Shown in pieces: positions 24,201-32,445 of a stretch of DNA of 64,000 bases. Each line of letters opens with the position of its first letter. Positions within the stretch are counted from its first letter, which is position 1. Position numbers and translations under genes: made by a program. Origin of the DNA: Bugula neritina (taxonomy: Eukaryota; Animalia; Bryozoa); the NCBI GenBank assembly GCA_964035545.1, contig OZ037767.1, positions 133,480-197,479 on the forward strand, given 5' to 3'. Under the pieces are notes generated by a model. The model did no database searches. It saw nothing but the letters and a program-made list of their open reading frames with translations, and had not been told where the DNA came from.

Positions 24201-24689
24201 TAAGCAGCTCTCTGAGTTTGGGGGGTGTGATAGGCCCCACCGTATCTGGCGCTATGGTGGATCTCTTTGGCTTTCCCTGGACCACAACAATAACTTCAGC
24301 TCTCTCTCTAGCCGGGGTATGTTGAGTCTTAGAGGAATACTTATAGTCTTAGTTCTAGAGGAATAGTGAATACTCAGTCTTAGTTCTAGAGGAATAGTGA
24401 ATATACTTAGTCTTAGTTCTAGAGGAATAGTGAATACTCAGTCTTAGTTCTAGAGGAATATCTGTAGCCTCAGCTCCTATACTCTATTTTGTAGTTTTTG
24501 ATGCTGTCAAGTTTTCTTGTGATAATGAAGAGTACTAACACCCCACTAAGCACAGAAGATGACTGTGTAAAGGGCATGTCCTACACACCCCCACCCTCTT
24601 TATTGAGTAGACTCAGTCTATATTTCAGAAGGTCAACCAACAGTTACTTCAAAGTCTCCAATGTCCAACCCAGCCAGTCCTCAGGTTGA
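255..24689 (+). CDS. SLC18B1: MFS transporter, SLC18B1-like, 11 coding exons (approx. 255-776, 1365-1438, 2106-2250, 2763-2831, 3850-3937, 4055-4194, 4540-4635, 8484-8587, 9568-9663, 24145-24316, 24495-24689)
   Basis: Manually spliced GT-AG exons join in frame into a multi-TM protein: FPFFSKEATRKGLNQSEVGLVFS, GLAEMIIGASYASGPMIGSAIYMLGGY, FLAPSP, NGYPSDNASTYGIATALISSSLSLGGVIGPTVSGAMVDLFGFPW, all typical of the SLC18B1 family. Orthology not tested. Confidence 0.8.
258..542 (+). repeat. Coding 42-bp tandem repeat (about 7 copies of EYGTDSNTPLLQSQ) in the transporter N-terminus
   Basis: Direct repeat seen in DNA and in ORF 255..824. Confidence 0.9.
1431..1597. repeat. 19-bp minisatellite duplicating the exon-2 splice donor
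   Basis: Unit tcatttgg|gtaggtgaagg, about 9 copies. Confidence 0.9.
2242..2745. repeat. 22-bp minisatellite duplicating the exon-3 splice donor
   Basis: Unit actgttact|(g/a)tgagtatatagt. Confidence 0.9.
2840..3881. repeat. 49-bp minisatellite (21 copies) duplicating the exon-5 splice acceptor
   Basis: Unit aatactgtttcag|ttaggaggatatactagtgtattctgggtaatatat; AG at 2868 and 3848 are 20x49 apart. Confidence 0.95.
4865..8495. repeat. 44-bp minisatellite (about 80 copies) duplicating the exon-8 splice acceptor
   Basis: Unit tatatactacatagtaatgtatatattgtag|aactatgtatatg; the last copy runs into the exon at 8484. Confidence 0.95.
8621..9550. repeat. 20-bp intronic minisatellite
   Basis: Unit tatactgttgatatactatc. 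Confidence 0.95.
9689..10136 (+). repeat. Left TIR (448 bp) with terminal 111-nt hairpin
   Basis: Reverse complement of 23397-23844; only two mismatches noticed by eye. Confidence 0.95.
10149..10925 (-). CDS. Putative fibre/spike protein with about five 40-aa repeats
   Basis: LDMGENKISRVIDPADDQDAATKKYVD resembles the neck motif of trimeric adhesins and phage fibres; 120-bp periodic repeats KLTVSTNDGRVIDSNLKVDDVVTKTNVSNYAVP. Confidence 0.6.
   Translation of the reverse strand: MSVYKFGGSGKTEINTKKFVLINGSSTLTGTLDMGENKISRVIDPADDQDAATKKYVDNTSMPKIRDPINQLTISTDDGRVIDSDLKVDNVVTKTNVSNYAVPLIQNPTEKLTVSTNDGRVIDSNLKVDDVVTKTNVSNYAVPLIRDPTEKLTVSTTSGNIADSSLSVSDVVTTSNINNFAMNKIQPIIGGKLLMLSSDGNIVETGINISDIITTYNIDNYAIPKLQNAIGNKLVLSTSNGNIIESTESQPTFPSYNV
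10929..11687 (-). CDS. A32/FtsK-like DNA packaging ATPase
   Basis: Walker A GKSGCGKT, Walker B LIIFDD, RGRH and LSQ motifs. Confidence 0.95.
   Translation of the reverse strand: MEIENLSWKNEINRNNNPLLPKSIRGLIVGKSGCGKTTLLCNLLLQPNWLDYDKLMIYGKNLSQPEYINMRKAFERKLTKEEILNFFKNSELIVNSGINVNRVLKNSRGNGNIDAEFIESSDDVYDPSELNANNKNLIIFDDLMLEKQKTCESYYVRGRHNNVDCFYLSQNYFKLPRSTIRENANFICLFPQDGKNLNHIYQDHVTGDIALNEFKEFCYKGWQKPHGFITLDLSSSKNNGRYRHGLDEFYIP
11685..11702. promoter_or_regulatory. Perfect 18-bp palindrome spanning the divergent ATPase and integrase start codons
   Basis: CATTTATTATAATAAATG is its own reverse complement; only 12 bp separate the two ATGs. Confidence 0.7.
11700..13064 (+). CDS. Fusion protein: Cys4 Zn-finger + parvovirus-type PLA2 + rve (DDE) integrase + chromodomain
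   Basis: YCCKC..GNCGQC; PGHNFLGPG..DAIAMRHDVCY; WAADLVD / WVDKGKEF / VERWNRT; C-terminal YRIERVIKKKGKKALVKWLGYPESQNSWV. Confidence 0.93.
   Translation: MYCCKCKTKTKTLNYEKRVSKNNRLMGYGNCGQCRCKKTTFVGSGLANNLINNLPFELHYPGHNFLGPGTKLNKRLNDDTTPKEWSKPVDRDDAIAMRHDVCYALNKDTKTRNEICDKNMLDELKAIPNPTPAEQRHSRFASAIIGAKKRLGWGWTDELAEELHKPVQKKFGKRRVWVSGIDNIWAADLVDMTEFAKFNNGYKYLLTVIDVFSKYGWIIPLKNKTGKAVALALKTILSSRKPQHLWVDKGKEFYNKDVKSLIDLYSTENEEKSSVVERWNRTMKERMFKYFSANNTYKYIDVLKDLVKRYNETKHSSIGMTPIEASDPSNENKVRVKLYPNLPAPSKPKFTIGDRVRIPRKKRTFEKGYTVRWTEEVFTISKILYTNPTTYKLTDSGGEEIQGFFYEQELQKTSQEMYRIERVIKKKGKKALVKWLGYPESQNSWVNLNVLERL
13063..13198. repeat. Intergenic 31-bp palindromic tandem repeats in the Polinton
   Basis: Units gtGGACACAAAcacaTTTGTGTCtataaaaa at 31-bp period (13064, 13095, 13126), plus partial copies at 13157 and 13179. 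Confidence 0.9.
13205..14011 (+). CDS. Conserved Polinton protein of unknown function
   Basis: C-terminal DPNALVERLQLLISSAKAGNTGVRNEIVSILDELL motif, recognised from other Polintons, preceded by a GxG site. Confidence 0.75.
   Translation: MSYLKINDPIKRDKTVQDFISQKNKIKEIFKREREQKLNAAIAQEKFFEPVTTSQAQTTDALKQLLTLPNYNVQPAITDGVINLDEFTQNALAGLEPGAYNVKWDGNRHVIGTKPISFNDGKIIFDNEEYSATRGLLSLLTRKTPIGYDDNDLANYANILDNSGAIYQSKHGPTDKNSDKWRRIVRPIWEQLYPQRAKLADSKKAKRQVGDGVVYLSSDPNALVERLQLLISSAKAGNTGVRNEIVSILDELLRMKIITRDYYKSILV
14015..14338 (+). CDS. Small basic core/membrane-lytic-like virion protein
   Basis: Lys/Arg-rich; YAGGG followed by amphipathic IFDIIKNVVTKIAS; directly upstream of MCP. Confidence 0.6.
   Translation: MYVYDKRQRLQRHYAGGGIFDIIKNVVTKIASNSSVRELGKKAIAKAGTAAGEKIVNAIKKRRQKKLNAKSQAILQKLNQTKNILKVLNNNNNISNILEGSGQAIAY
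14360..15641 (+). pseudogene. Double jelly-roll major capsid protein with a one-base insertion frameshift at about 15449-15452
   Basis: ORF 14360..15484 is MCP-like; removing one A restores EYKDLYVLFVIDVSKQSEALKSSVADIQLRVQFSQNVPANTQAYALILSD...KVI* ending at TAA 15639-15641, abutting the penton ATG. Confidence 0.88.
15642..16400 (+). CDS. Minor capsid protein (penton, single jelly roll)
   Basis: SFPNI, LPVGVYEL, LGF, VNILNINAIHVQVDCINGSY, PGYKIIEKPHNLIYLPV, DQKGNLLDL; directly downstream of MCP. Confidence 0.9.
   Translation: MENKLLREIADNTASKQTMTIGVTDTKTRIITQLNPPIELNKNKKYEMCLISLDMFYSFPNISTDRNSYRWSKDGGTTWHLVSLPVGVYELDQLEEAIQDEIVKEGGNRNGITLQANKVTFRIILKLKPNYRIDFNVENSLRDVLGFDAAIYNQPYIEATNIVNILNINAIHVQVDCINGSYIDGTYKPVIYSFFPSVSPGYKIIEKPHNLIYLPVHVKYIKTLTVTVTDQKGNLLDLSGEQLSIRFHLREV
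16413..16982 (+). CDS. Putative virion core/internal protein with several GxG sites
   Basis: MSGG|FLGALLGIATRVIP amphipathic segment; repeated KGKGLYLK, KGNGLYLK, NGEGLIFG. Confidence 0.7.
   Translation: MGYCKIIGNVPQAQKQKIMNAYRSGKGCTIKLPLESGNDKLAITKTQNDNILKALNANKKNITLEMSPSLVKTNASMSGGFLGALLGIATRVIPTLLKTIIPGVLSGAASAGVERAIKGKGLYLKRGGCVCSVEPNSNGSITLKPVAPSNLMKGNGLYLKQGSSYINGEGLIFGPNSPFKNIPLLGMLL
17002..17395 (+). CDS. Hypothetical protein, probably frameshifted near 17250 (annotated ORF ends at 17274)
   Basis: TAAATG start; an alternate frame after an A-run continues open (KIKTIYKTKEIIQELNVGLMNYAAARIPSFF...) to TAG 17393-17395. Confidence 0.5.
17494..17973 (-). pseudogene. Coiled-coil/hydrophobic-helix protein with a premature TGA at codon 4
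   Basis: TATATAAATG start at 17973 is in frame with ORF 17494..17871: MDF*REKLELLNDEIIKLENEYEQKLNRFNWLSKLLKIISGLCG. Confidence 0.65.
18017..18253 (+). CDS. Small basic hypothetical protein (78 aa, MEFTNELLDK...)
   Basis: ATG at 18017 lies about 27 bp after AAAATTGA; the upstream part of the 155-aa track ORF overlaps the opposite-strand gene. Confidence 0.55.
   Translation: MEFTNELLDKLIAQAKQKKYIPLPEHTFMRLTDYYTLKINSVSNEDRDKLFKHFNKNLTSRRKVTKLKAQINKILEDI
18288..21944 (+). CDS. polB: Protein-primed family B DNA polymerase with N-terminal Rho-N/HeH-like, OTU-like Cys protease, Zn-finger and EndoVII/HNH inserts
   Basis: Exo YADFE, HNLSGYD; pol YLDANNLYG, KLMNYSVFGK, FTDTDS; CHICEK..RDHCHLTGNYRGAAHSNCN; NKCFMWAI..HYTCV. 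Confidence 0.97.
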   Translation: MEFNTKITVKALKALAKERELKRYSRLRKAELIRLLSPMDEPVPNIGQAPLIPTPVKKIMREIFTQTTRNIEKWVKGIIKPIAKIVNPIKDKIMALYNQPKLKEQAANGWFQTYEIKGLPKYDIDSFSKLVKLNVLKLLKPTIKTKIILTCEMEKTNINTGETELLITAFSSRIETILESTNINEIYNVMIERIKENLASFNSKGSNWIFNAIIKMEINISKYQPLKGSSYIDLPKIIKDKKAIINPKNNDNKCFMWAILAALYPAKNHSNRISNYKEHVNKVSWEGVEFPATTKSIDPFEKANPNIGVTVFAWNGNSVYPWRQSSKRSKTIVLFLITNEEKSHYTCVKNLSKLLSLQINSDGHVKQFCLNCTQAFKTEKSLKKHQEWCLANDGVAMTFPKLENKIKFNFEHYCRKMRVPFAVYADFECFTKPIQGCQPNNRESYTNQYQQHEPSGFGYYIVSVIGECKYRSYTKQCEDENVGEQFIRLLEFDIKNLYKKYKFPKRMKISASEQESFELAKICHICEKKLSDDRVRDHCHLTGNYRGAAHSNCNLNYKVPKFYPVFIHNLSGYDAHLFIKNLSGKISCIPNTEEKYISFSERVVVDEFTNKEGKKVEVTRELKFIDTFKFMSSSLANLVVNLNRDDFKHLKKYYAEKELNLLFRKGVFPYDYFNNVSVLNETSLPSKEKFYSSLIEKDISNEDYAHAQNVWREFNMKTFREYHDLYMKADVLQLADVFENFRNVCLEHYKLDPAWYYTAPGLSWDAMLKTTKLELDPITDVEQLLFFEKGIRGGVSMISHRYAKANNKYMENYNANEPSSYITYLDANNLYGWAMSQNLPVGNFKWMTEKRCRDLEKSLNFPPSFLEVDLEYSKELHNFHKDYPFCPERLTVNKVEKLIPNLNNKRNYVIHYEALKQCLMYGLKLTKIHRGITFNESNKLKEYISLNTELRTLAKSDFKKDFFKLMNYSVFGKTMENIRNRVNIKLVTSESKAKKLTNQPNFKSFTIFSENLIAVHMNVTELKFNKPVYLGAAILDISKTKMYDFHYGYIKPKYNANAQLLFTDTDSLMYHVQTEDFYVDIAPDVASTFDTSNYPENHSLPTGKNKKVIGMFKDEAGGKQITEFVGLRAKLYSYKMDGIEEKNCKGINKTTCNNRITFDDYKECLLTRQDQLRTMNVLRSHKHTMYAETVNKVALSSEDDKRIILEDGITTVPYGYNK
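21941..22342 (+). CDS. Adenain-like cysteine maturation protease
   Basis: GTHWVAW, YFDSFG, Q..ICEHLC catalytic motifs. Confidence 0.93.
   Translation: MSIKLPNKALSNIELEFAIKKLKIPNFRGVFSRNDLPYKPRKKECGILNLDDLMGNGTHWVAWYKNGNKKYYFDSFGLHPPLEIMKYLKPPIFYNTERVQEFGTVICEHLCLYWLKEMFTHETPQLIINKLLL
22343..22864 (+). CDS. Hypothetical beta-rich protein, paralogue A
   Basis: TAAATG start; aligns along its length with 22861..23385. Confidence 0.75.
   Translation: MSSVYIFGNSAKANIINEKPYITKIIIPSNFYYYDDIGFNATLIKDFLVDEPIEITNILVQFYGEQAHNTKKLYWTDKRVTLSLRNSGEMFSRNNENTSYDISGNEHDLPFSEINANKIIEANKNFSLSITLSKTYPSHKPSNVILTDTPASEITAAALPFHYVLVKLYYNYK
22861..23385 (+). CDS. Hypothetical beta-rich protein, paralogue B
   Basis: Shares QFYGEQ, LYWTDK, ISG.EH..P, YPSHKP.N.ILTDTP and PFHYV..KLYYN with paralogue A. 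Confidence 0.75.
   Translation: MNIYKFSKVDITTNKAFISGIINFNEFYYYENINSFTVDLINDYLVDKPIKITHALIQFYGEQMSHQNTEALYWTDKKLGLHIRNSVNPFDESKENLFYTISGAEHNVPYSKININKTVNANNSFSFTIALSSDYPSHKPDNIILTDTPNIRFPAVAIPFHYVYFKLYYNSITN
23397..23844 (-). repeat. Right TIR (448 bp) with terminal 111-nt hairpin (23734-23844)
   Basis: Reverse complement of 9689-10136. Confidence 0.95.
23847..24092. repeat. C-rich, roughly 30-bp host intronic minisatellite next to the insertion
   Basis: Unit cctctactaaccacaccctctccaatacc. Confidence 0.8.
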
Positions 24690-25497
24690 CCTTGACATAG
24701 TAGAGTTGGTTAGTCGAGAGACAAGACAGAATGAGAGTAGAACCTTCCATCTTATAAATGTTGAACTGCAGCAAAAGTCAGCATGATTTATTAATAAGAT
24801 ATATTCATTTTGACAGTTGTCAAATAAGTAATATTTATACACTTTTGTGTAAAATGTTTACCACAATAAATCAGCCATAAGAAGTTAAATATATAAGGAT
24901 AAAACTATTTCTAATACACAGTTTGCACACAGATTCTGCCTGTTACTGTAATAAGCGAGACGCAGTGCGACTATACAATGTTACTGGTACATGTACTATC
25001 ATCGTCACAAGACTTGAAGAGAGAGCGTAACTCCAGCAGGTAGATAGAGCTGTAAGGTTAAAGGTCATCACTCACCCACCTGTTCAGGTGTTCACATTGA
25101 TATTATCCAACCTGTAGCTGTCTCACCAATCAGTCATGTGGAGGCTTGAGAGACTAAAAACAACTTAGAATTTACCTAGCTGTTGGCAAGAAAAATTGGA
25201 ATGTTTTCATAAAAATGGGATTTTTTAACAGTCTTAGAATTATTATATGCCTATAGATCCTAAATTCTAAAACAATATATAATTTCTAGCAAAACAAAAC
25301 AGCAGAACTATATGCATGGTATAATATAGAGCATACTATTATAAATTTTAATACTATACTATTATATATATGATAATATATCACAATATGCTAGAATATA
25401 CTATAATATAATATAACATTATTTTTACTTACTGCCAGGGGAAGAAAGTTTTGTCACGCGATCATCCAATTCTGTAAAATATACAGTATATACTATA

Positions 25498-25705
25498 AAA
25501 ACTCACGCAAGTTTAGAGTCGCTATTCCTGTGAGAAACCCCTGATAGAAAGGGTTTTTGTTAGAACGGGCTAAGGACATGTTCAAATGAGGCACAGGAGC
25601 AATTATGACTGGATGCTCTTCCTAACATCACCAATGGCCTTTGTCGGGGTTTGAACCCACAACTTCAAGGTCACAAAGCAAACGCTCTAACCCCTAGACC
25701 ACGGC
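25498..25705 (-). mobile_element. tRNA-derived SINE
   Basis: Minus-strand head GCCGTGGTCTAGGGGTTAGAGCG...GTGGGTTCAAACCC (Pol III A and B boxes); flanked by low-complexity tatatactata direct repeats. Confidence 0.6.
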
Positions 25706-25846
25706 TATATACTATATACTCCGTATACTATATATACTATATACTCACTATATACTATATACGGTACTCACTATAATATACTATATACTCACTATATAGC
25801 CTACTATATGCTATATATTCTATACTATATACTATACTATACTATA

Positions 25847-27161
25847 GGGGTAACGGGGGCACAACGGTCATAGGGGTACAAAAAGCCGGCCAAATTGTGA
25901 GAGAACTTATTGACTTAGAGTTGTGATTTTTTTTCATAAAAAGATATTAGCATAAATATTAAGCCATTGTAGTTTCAACACTTGCGGAACATAAATGTTG
26001 AAAAGGCGAGTAAAAAGCTGTTTTTACCTACTTTTTGCAATTTTTTGAAGATGTCGTTAAAGCTTTATAACTTTTTACACTCAAAGGCAACAAGCTTAGA
26101 TTTTACTAATATTGTTGCCATTGCTTGTCACTACATTTTGCTTAACTAGTATAACAACAAACTCTAAAATAATATTTCCTTGAGGTACATTTATTTTCAA
26201 TTTGGCAACACGGGGTACAATGGGCCACCCGATTATTGCACCCTGATCACTGTTATTAGTTTGTTTGCCCAAAAAGCTGGTTGAAATGTTACTAAAATCT
26301 ATAGATATAGCCATTTTAATCGTTTTGTAAAATATCAAAGACATCATGGTAAGACTACAAAACGACAAGGTAAAGCTCCCTTAATATATACATCTGGTGA
26401 GATTAAAGCTTTGCCATTTTATACATCATACAAAACACTCTACTGTTGCTACTAGTAGATTCATGATATTCACTATAATATATTGTATCATTGAGGGAAT
26501 ATACAACATGTATTTCACTAAAATAAATTGTGATATGCTCATTTGCTCCCTCCCCCTCCCCCTTCCGTACTCCAGCCCCAAACCGAAGCCATGCACCTTA
26601 GCTACAGTTCATAGAAAAAAGTCCACTCGGAATTTTGTAGTATACCATGTTACTAAAGTTTTTTTCTGATAAAAGTTCTTCTGAAGTGAAAATAAAAAAA
26701 CATTTTCAGTTCTAAACAGTAATGATAATGGCACTGTAAAACTGAGTGATTTGCGTTTGGTTTTGCCTTCTTCTGCTATCCGTGGTGGCACAAACTTTAC
26801 AGCTAAAACATGAATTTTGCTGTAGATCTGAAAGAATATGTTTATTCATTTGTAATATTAAACAAATAAGATCAGATGCAAAAAAATCTGCAAAATTTCA
26901 ATATATTTGTTGTGTCCCACCCAGTGACCCATTGTACCCCGGTACCGGGGTACAATGGGCCGATATTTTCGTCATGAAAATTTCATTATTCTTAAAGTTG
27001 TGAGAGAGATAGAAACAACAAACTGATACCTGTAATATACAACAGATGTAGCATTAAGACTACAGATTATTGAACTAGTAACTTAAAAAACAGACGAATG
27101 AGAGCAAAAGAAGCTAAATTCTGCCCGTTTTGCCCCCCCCCCCCCCCCCCCCCGTTGCCCC
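25847..27161 (+). mobile_element. Non-autonomous Tc1/mariner/pogo-type DNA transposon, copy 1
   Basis: TIR GGGGTAACGGGGGCACAACGG, TA on both sides, internal GGGGTACAATGGGCC repeats, no transposase ORF. Confidence 0.8.
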
Positions 27162-27251
27162 TACTACACTATATACTATATAATTACTATATTATACTAT
27201 ATATGTATATACTGTATACTATGTACTTTATATTATATACTCACTATATAC

Positions 27252-27717
27252 CAGGGTGGGGGTAATTGTAATTGTAATTGGTTGTGATTAATTACATTTT
27301 TTCAAGTGATTGAATGTAATTTGTAATTGATGTATAAAAATGTAATTGTAATTAATTACATTGCTAATGTAATTAAATTTTACAAGTATTTATAATTACA
27401 TAACAATAACTTTAAATTTTTAAATCTTATAAAGTTTATATTTTCTCACTTTGCCTACTGTTTAATAAGAGGTTCAGATAATTTAATGTCGTATTTATCA
27501 CCCTATTCGTTACTGTTGAGAAGAAGAAAGGTTTTCAGTTGTCAAAATTGCTCCTGGTAGTTGGACCCTAGAGATTGTATAACTTTTATTTGTCTCTTGT
27601 GAAAACAAAAGTAATTGTAATTAATTACATTTATTTCAACTGTAATTATAATTGTAATTGACAAATTCTAATGTAATTGTAATTAATTACATTCATATGT
27701 AGTTGACCCCAACCCTG
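27252..27717. mobile_element. hAT-type MITE
   Basis: CAGGGT...ACCCTG termini, 8-bp TSD CTATATAC (27244-27251 and 27718-27725), subterminal gtaatt repeats. Confidence 0.75.
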
Positions 27718-28109
27718 CTATATACTATATACAGATATTCTCTATTATATAGTATACACTATACACCATGTATACTGTATACTATATACTGTGTACTATA
27801 TACTGTGTATTGTATACATGTCTCTCCTACCTTCATACGAAACTCTCAGCTCAGCGCAGCTCTTTGATACAGTTCCGTCAACTGCAATTAGTTCAACACT
27901 AAATACAATCATATTATGATACACTAAATACAGTCATATTATGATACACTAAATACAGTCACATGATACACTAAATACAGTCACATGATACACTAAATAC
28001 AGTCACATGATATACTAAATACAGTCACATGATATACTAAATACAGTCACATGATACCCTAAATACAGTCACATGATATACTAAATACAGTCACATGATA
28101 CACTAAATA

Positions 28110-29426
28110 GGGGTAACGGGGGCACAACGGGCCGAATTTTGCATTTGTTGCTCTCATTTGTCTGTTTTTCAAGTTTCTAGTTCAATAATCTCTAGTCTTA
28201 ATGCTGCATCTGTTGTCTATTACAGGTACCAGTTTGTTGTTTCTATCTCTTTCACAACTTTCAGAATAATGAAATTTTCATGACGAAAAAATTGGCCCAT
28301 TGTGCCCCGGTACCGGGGTACAATGGGCCACTGGGTGGGACACAACAAATATATTGAAATTTTGCGTATTTTGTTACATATGATCATTATTTATTTAATA
28401 TTACAAATAAATAAAGATACTCTTTCAGATCTACAGCAAAATTTGTGTTTTAGCTGTACAGTTTGTGCCACTACGGATAGCAGAGGAAGGCAAAATCAAA
28501 CGCACGTCACTCGGTTCTGCAGTGCCTTTATCATTACTGTTTAGAACTAAATATGTTCTGTTATTTTCACCTCAGAGGAACGTTCATTTAAAAAATTCTT
28601 TAGTATCATGTACTACAAAATTCCAAGTGGACTTTTTTCTATGAACTGTAGCTAAGGTGCATGCATGGCGGAGGTTTGTGACTGGAGTACGAAAGGGAGA
28701 GGGGGGAGCAAATGAGCAATTCACAATTTATTTTAGCCAAGTACATGTATATTCCCCTCAATTGTGTAATATATAATGATTATCATGACTATCTACTAGT
28801 AGCAGCAGCAGAGTGTTTTGTATTATGTATAAAATGGCAAAGCTTTAACCTCACCAGATGTATATATTAGGGGAGCTTCAACTTGTACTTTTTTAGTCTT
28901 ACCATGATGTCTGATATTTTACAAAAAGGTCAGAAATGGCTATATCTATAGATTTTAGCAACATTTCAACCAACTTTTTTGGCAAACAAACTAATAACGG
29001 TGATCAGGGTGCAATAATCAAGTGGCCCATTGTGCCCCGGTCAGCGTGGCCCATTGTGCCCCGTGTGGCCAAATTGAAAATAAATGTGCCTCAAGGAAAA
29101 TTTATTTCAGTTTTTGCTGTTATACTAGTTAAGCAATGTAGAGACAAGCAATGGCAACAATACTGGTAAAATATAGGTTTCTTGCCTTTGGGTGTAAAAA
29201 GTTATAAAGCTTTAACGACATCCTAGAAAATTTACAAAAAGTAGGTAAAAACAGTTTTTTACTCGCCTTTTCAACATTTATGTTCCGCAAGTGATGAAAC
29301 TACAAAGACTGAAAAATTATGTCAATATCTTTTTATGAAAAAAAATCCACAACTCTAAGTCAATAAGTTCTCTCACAATTTGGCCGGCTTTTTGTACCCC
29401 TATGACCGTTGTGCCCCCGTTACCCC
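28110..29426 (-). mobile_element. Second, inverted and diverged copy of the TA-TSD transposon
   Basis: Same TIRs; TA duplicated within the host repeat cactaaaTA...TAcagtcac; internal sequence homologous to the reverse complement of 25847-27161. Confidence 0.85.
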
Positions 29427-29634
29427 TACAGTCACACTGCTCCGGTTGTTCAAAACTGACAGTTGCCTTCCCCAGCCAATTTTGGCCAATCAAACAAATC
29501 CCTTTGTGACGTCACTTACTTTGTTGAACTATTTTTTCCAGTTTATTGTACAGCCTTTTCACCTGCGTCTTTAAGACTGCAAATACATTACCATAACATG
29601 ATTTAGGTATTATACTATATCAACATAACATAAT

Positions 29635-30215
29635 ACTATATAATTACTATATACTTACTGTATATACTTACTATATACTTACTATATACTTACTATACAC
29701 TTACTATATACTTACTATATACTTACTATATGCTTACTATATACTTACTATATACTTACTATATACTTACTATATACTTACTATATACTTACTATACACT
29801 TACTATATACTTACTATATGCTTACTATATGCTTACTATATACTTACTATATGCTTACTATATGCTTACTATATACTTACTATATACTTACTATATACTT
29901 ACTATATACTTACTATATACTTACTATATACTTACCATATACTTACTATATACTTACTATGCACTTACTATATACTTACTATATAATTACTATATACTTA
30001 CTGTATATACTTACTATATACTTACTATATTTACTATGTACTTACTATATACCTACTATATACTTACTATACACTTACTATATACTTACTATATACTTAC
30101 TATATGCTTACTATATACTTACTATATGCTTACTATATACTTACTATATACTTACTATATAATTACTATATACTTACTATATAGCGTACTTACTATATAT
30201 TTACTATATACCTAC
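29635..30215. repeat. 13-bp low-complexity minisatellite
   Basis: Unit tacttactatata. Confidence 0.9.
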
Positions 30216-30246
30216 TAATAGCCTATAGTTTAAGGATTTTCATTAC

Positions 30247-31345
30247 CTAGTGTTAGGGAGTTGAGAAAGGCTCCCTTCCTTAACTTCTGCAGTTGTTGTT
30301 GGAGTTTCTTGTTTCTTTCTTTTGCTCTTCCTGCATGGATATATTAGTGCATACCAATCAAACTCAGGAGTTGTCTCAACTACATAAGAGCAAACAACTC
30401 TTCAAAACACACTACACTTATTATTAATCATGTGGACAGTCATTTTATTTGTTTACAAACCTAAATGATCGCCTCAAGTTTCCAAATATTTTATCCAGCT
30501 TAGAAGAGCTGCATACTTTCTTATCTTTAATCTCCCTGTAACCAAAGTAACATCATCAGCTGTTTTTTCATATGACAAGATTTTCCAGTCACTTCATTTC
30601 AAACATGTGGCAATTTTCAAGCTTCATTAAAGCAATTCAGATAATATAATAGCTATTGGGGTATTCTGTGCATCAACCCACGCATTACATAGCGTTGTAA
30701 AGGCTTTCTAAATTATTGTCTATATCAACAGCTCGTTAATGCTCAGCTCTACAAATACGTATGTCTTCCATGTTGTACTTTGAAAATTCAAATAGTGTTT
30801 ATGACGAGCACTTGCAATGAAAGCAATATTTCACTATTACTATTACAGCAGTTTATTATTATAATATACTGAATATAGTCTGCCACTCACCATCACTCTG
30901 ACTACTCAGTTATAATTCTCACATACTAACTCATTGAGTACTGCAACAGTATAATATTATGTTACCAAATGTATCTAGTATTACATTATACCTTTTATAT
31001 TGACTACAAATACTAATAAGGTATGATATGCCAGTACACTCACTTGTCAGTTGAACAGCGCTGCGGTAGCTCCTGATTCTGTGTCTCACCACTTCTAGCG
31101 TAGTTGTCTTTCATGTTCTCTGGTTTTGTCAGCTTATCAGCATCAGATGAACTTACTACTGCCACATCATTCGATGCTGCCGACCTTGCTCTCGTTGCTG
31201 CCGACCTTGCTCTCGTTGCTGCTACCCTTGCTCTCGTTGCTGATGTGTTTGCAGTTGGTAGGACTGAGCTCTTGTGTCTTTCTTCACTCTTTTTGTTAGA
31301 CTGTCGTTTTTGAGACATTTTTTGGTTGATGCTAGATTTCCTTAC
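30247..31345 (-). other. Putative spliced gene of unknown function (exon-like segments about 31345-31044, 30537-30461, 30380-30247)
   Basis: AG/GT-bounded open segments (MSQKRQSNKKSEERH..., EIKDKKVCSSSKLDKIFGNLRRSF); no recognisable family. Confidence 0.3.
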
Positions 31346-32213
31346 CTATACAAAGTGTACTTACACTACTATACTTACACTACTATACTTACACTACTAT
31401 ACTTACACTACTACACTTACACTACTATACTTACACTACTACACTTACACTACTATACTTACACTACATATACTTACACTACTGCATATACTTACACTAC
31501 TATATATACTTACACTATACTATATATACTTACACTATACTTACACTACTATACTTGCACTACTATACTTACACTACTATATATACTTACACTACATATA
31601 CTTACACTACTATGTTTACACTACTATACTTATTACTTACACTACTATACTTATTACTTACACTACTATACTTGCACTACTATACCTACACTGCCATACT
31701 CACAATACATATACCTACACTACGTACATGTATACTTTGGTACGTTGTATAGTAAGTATAGTGTGAAATAGTAAGTACATATACTGAGTAGGAACTTGGT
31801 TTGGTGTAGTAATTGTACTGAGTTAAAAGATTAATTGAGTATTATTTAAGTATACTGAGTAAAAAGACTTGAATATCCCTTGAAATGACACTTAAAACTT
31901 AGGTTCACAAGTAACAGCTTCAATCTACTATAGATAGGAATATTCTATTTTCACTATTACATATTACTATAATTTCACTATGTTATATTTCACTCTAATT
32001 TAACTATTATATAATATTATAATTTCACTATTAAATAATGCTTCAACTTCAGCATTGCATGGCAATTCTATGCCTTCACCATTGTATAGAATATTGTAGT
32101 GACCTGCAAAGAAAAGACAGCCATGGAATATTATACTAAAGTAATCATCAAGTAGCTATATGGTGTAACACGAGATGAATAAATTCTTCTGTACAAGCCA
32201 TAAACCTCAGGCT

Positions 32214-32445
32214 AACCTGGAGATGGTGTGAAGTTACATTATATGTAGAGTAAGTGCTTACACCTTATATTCTAACCTGGAGATGGTGTGAAGTTACATT
32301 ATATGTAGAGTAAGTGCTTACACCTTATATTCTAACCTGGAGATGGTGTGAAGTTACATTATATGTAGAGTAAGTGCTTACACCTTATATTCTAACCTGG
32401 AGATGGTGTGAAGTTACATTATATGTAGAGTAAGTGCTCTCACCT
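32214..32445. repeat. 60-bp tandem repeat (about 4 copies)
   Basis: Lines 32221, 32281 and 32341 are identical. Confidence 0.9.

Noticed and set aside
25635-25705. tRNA gene
   Set aside because: A/B boxes present but no convincing acceptor stem; continues into a SINE-like body. A more decayed head occurs near 39885-39940.
26096-29574. Short ORFs within the TA-TSD elements as transposase
   Set aside because: No DDE or HTH motifs; the elements appear non-autonomous.
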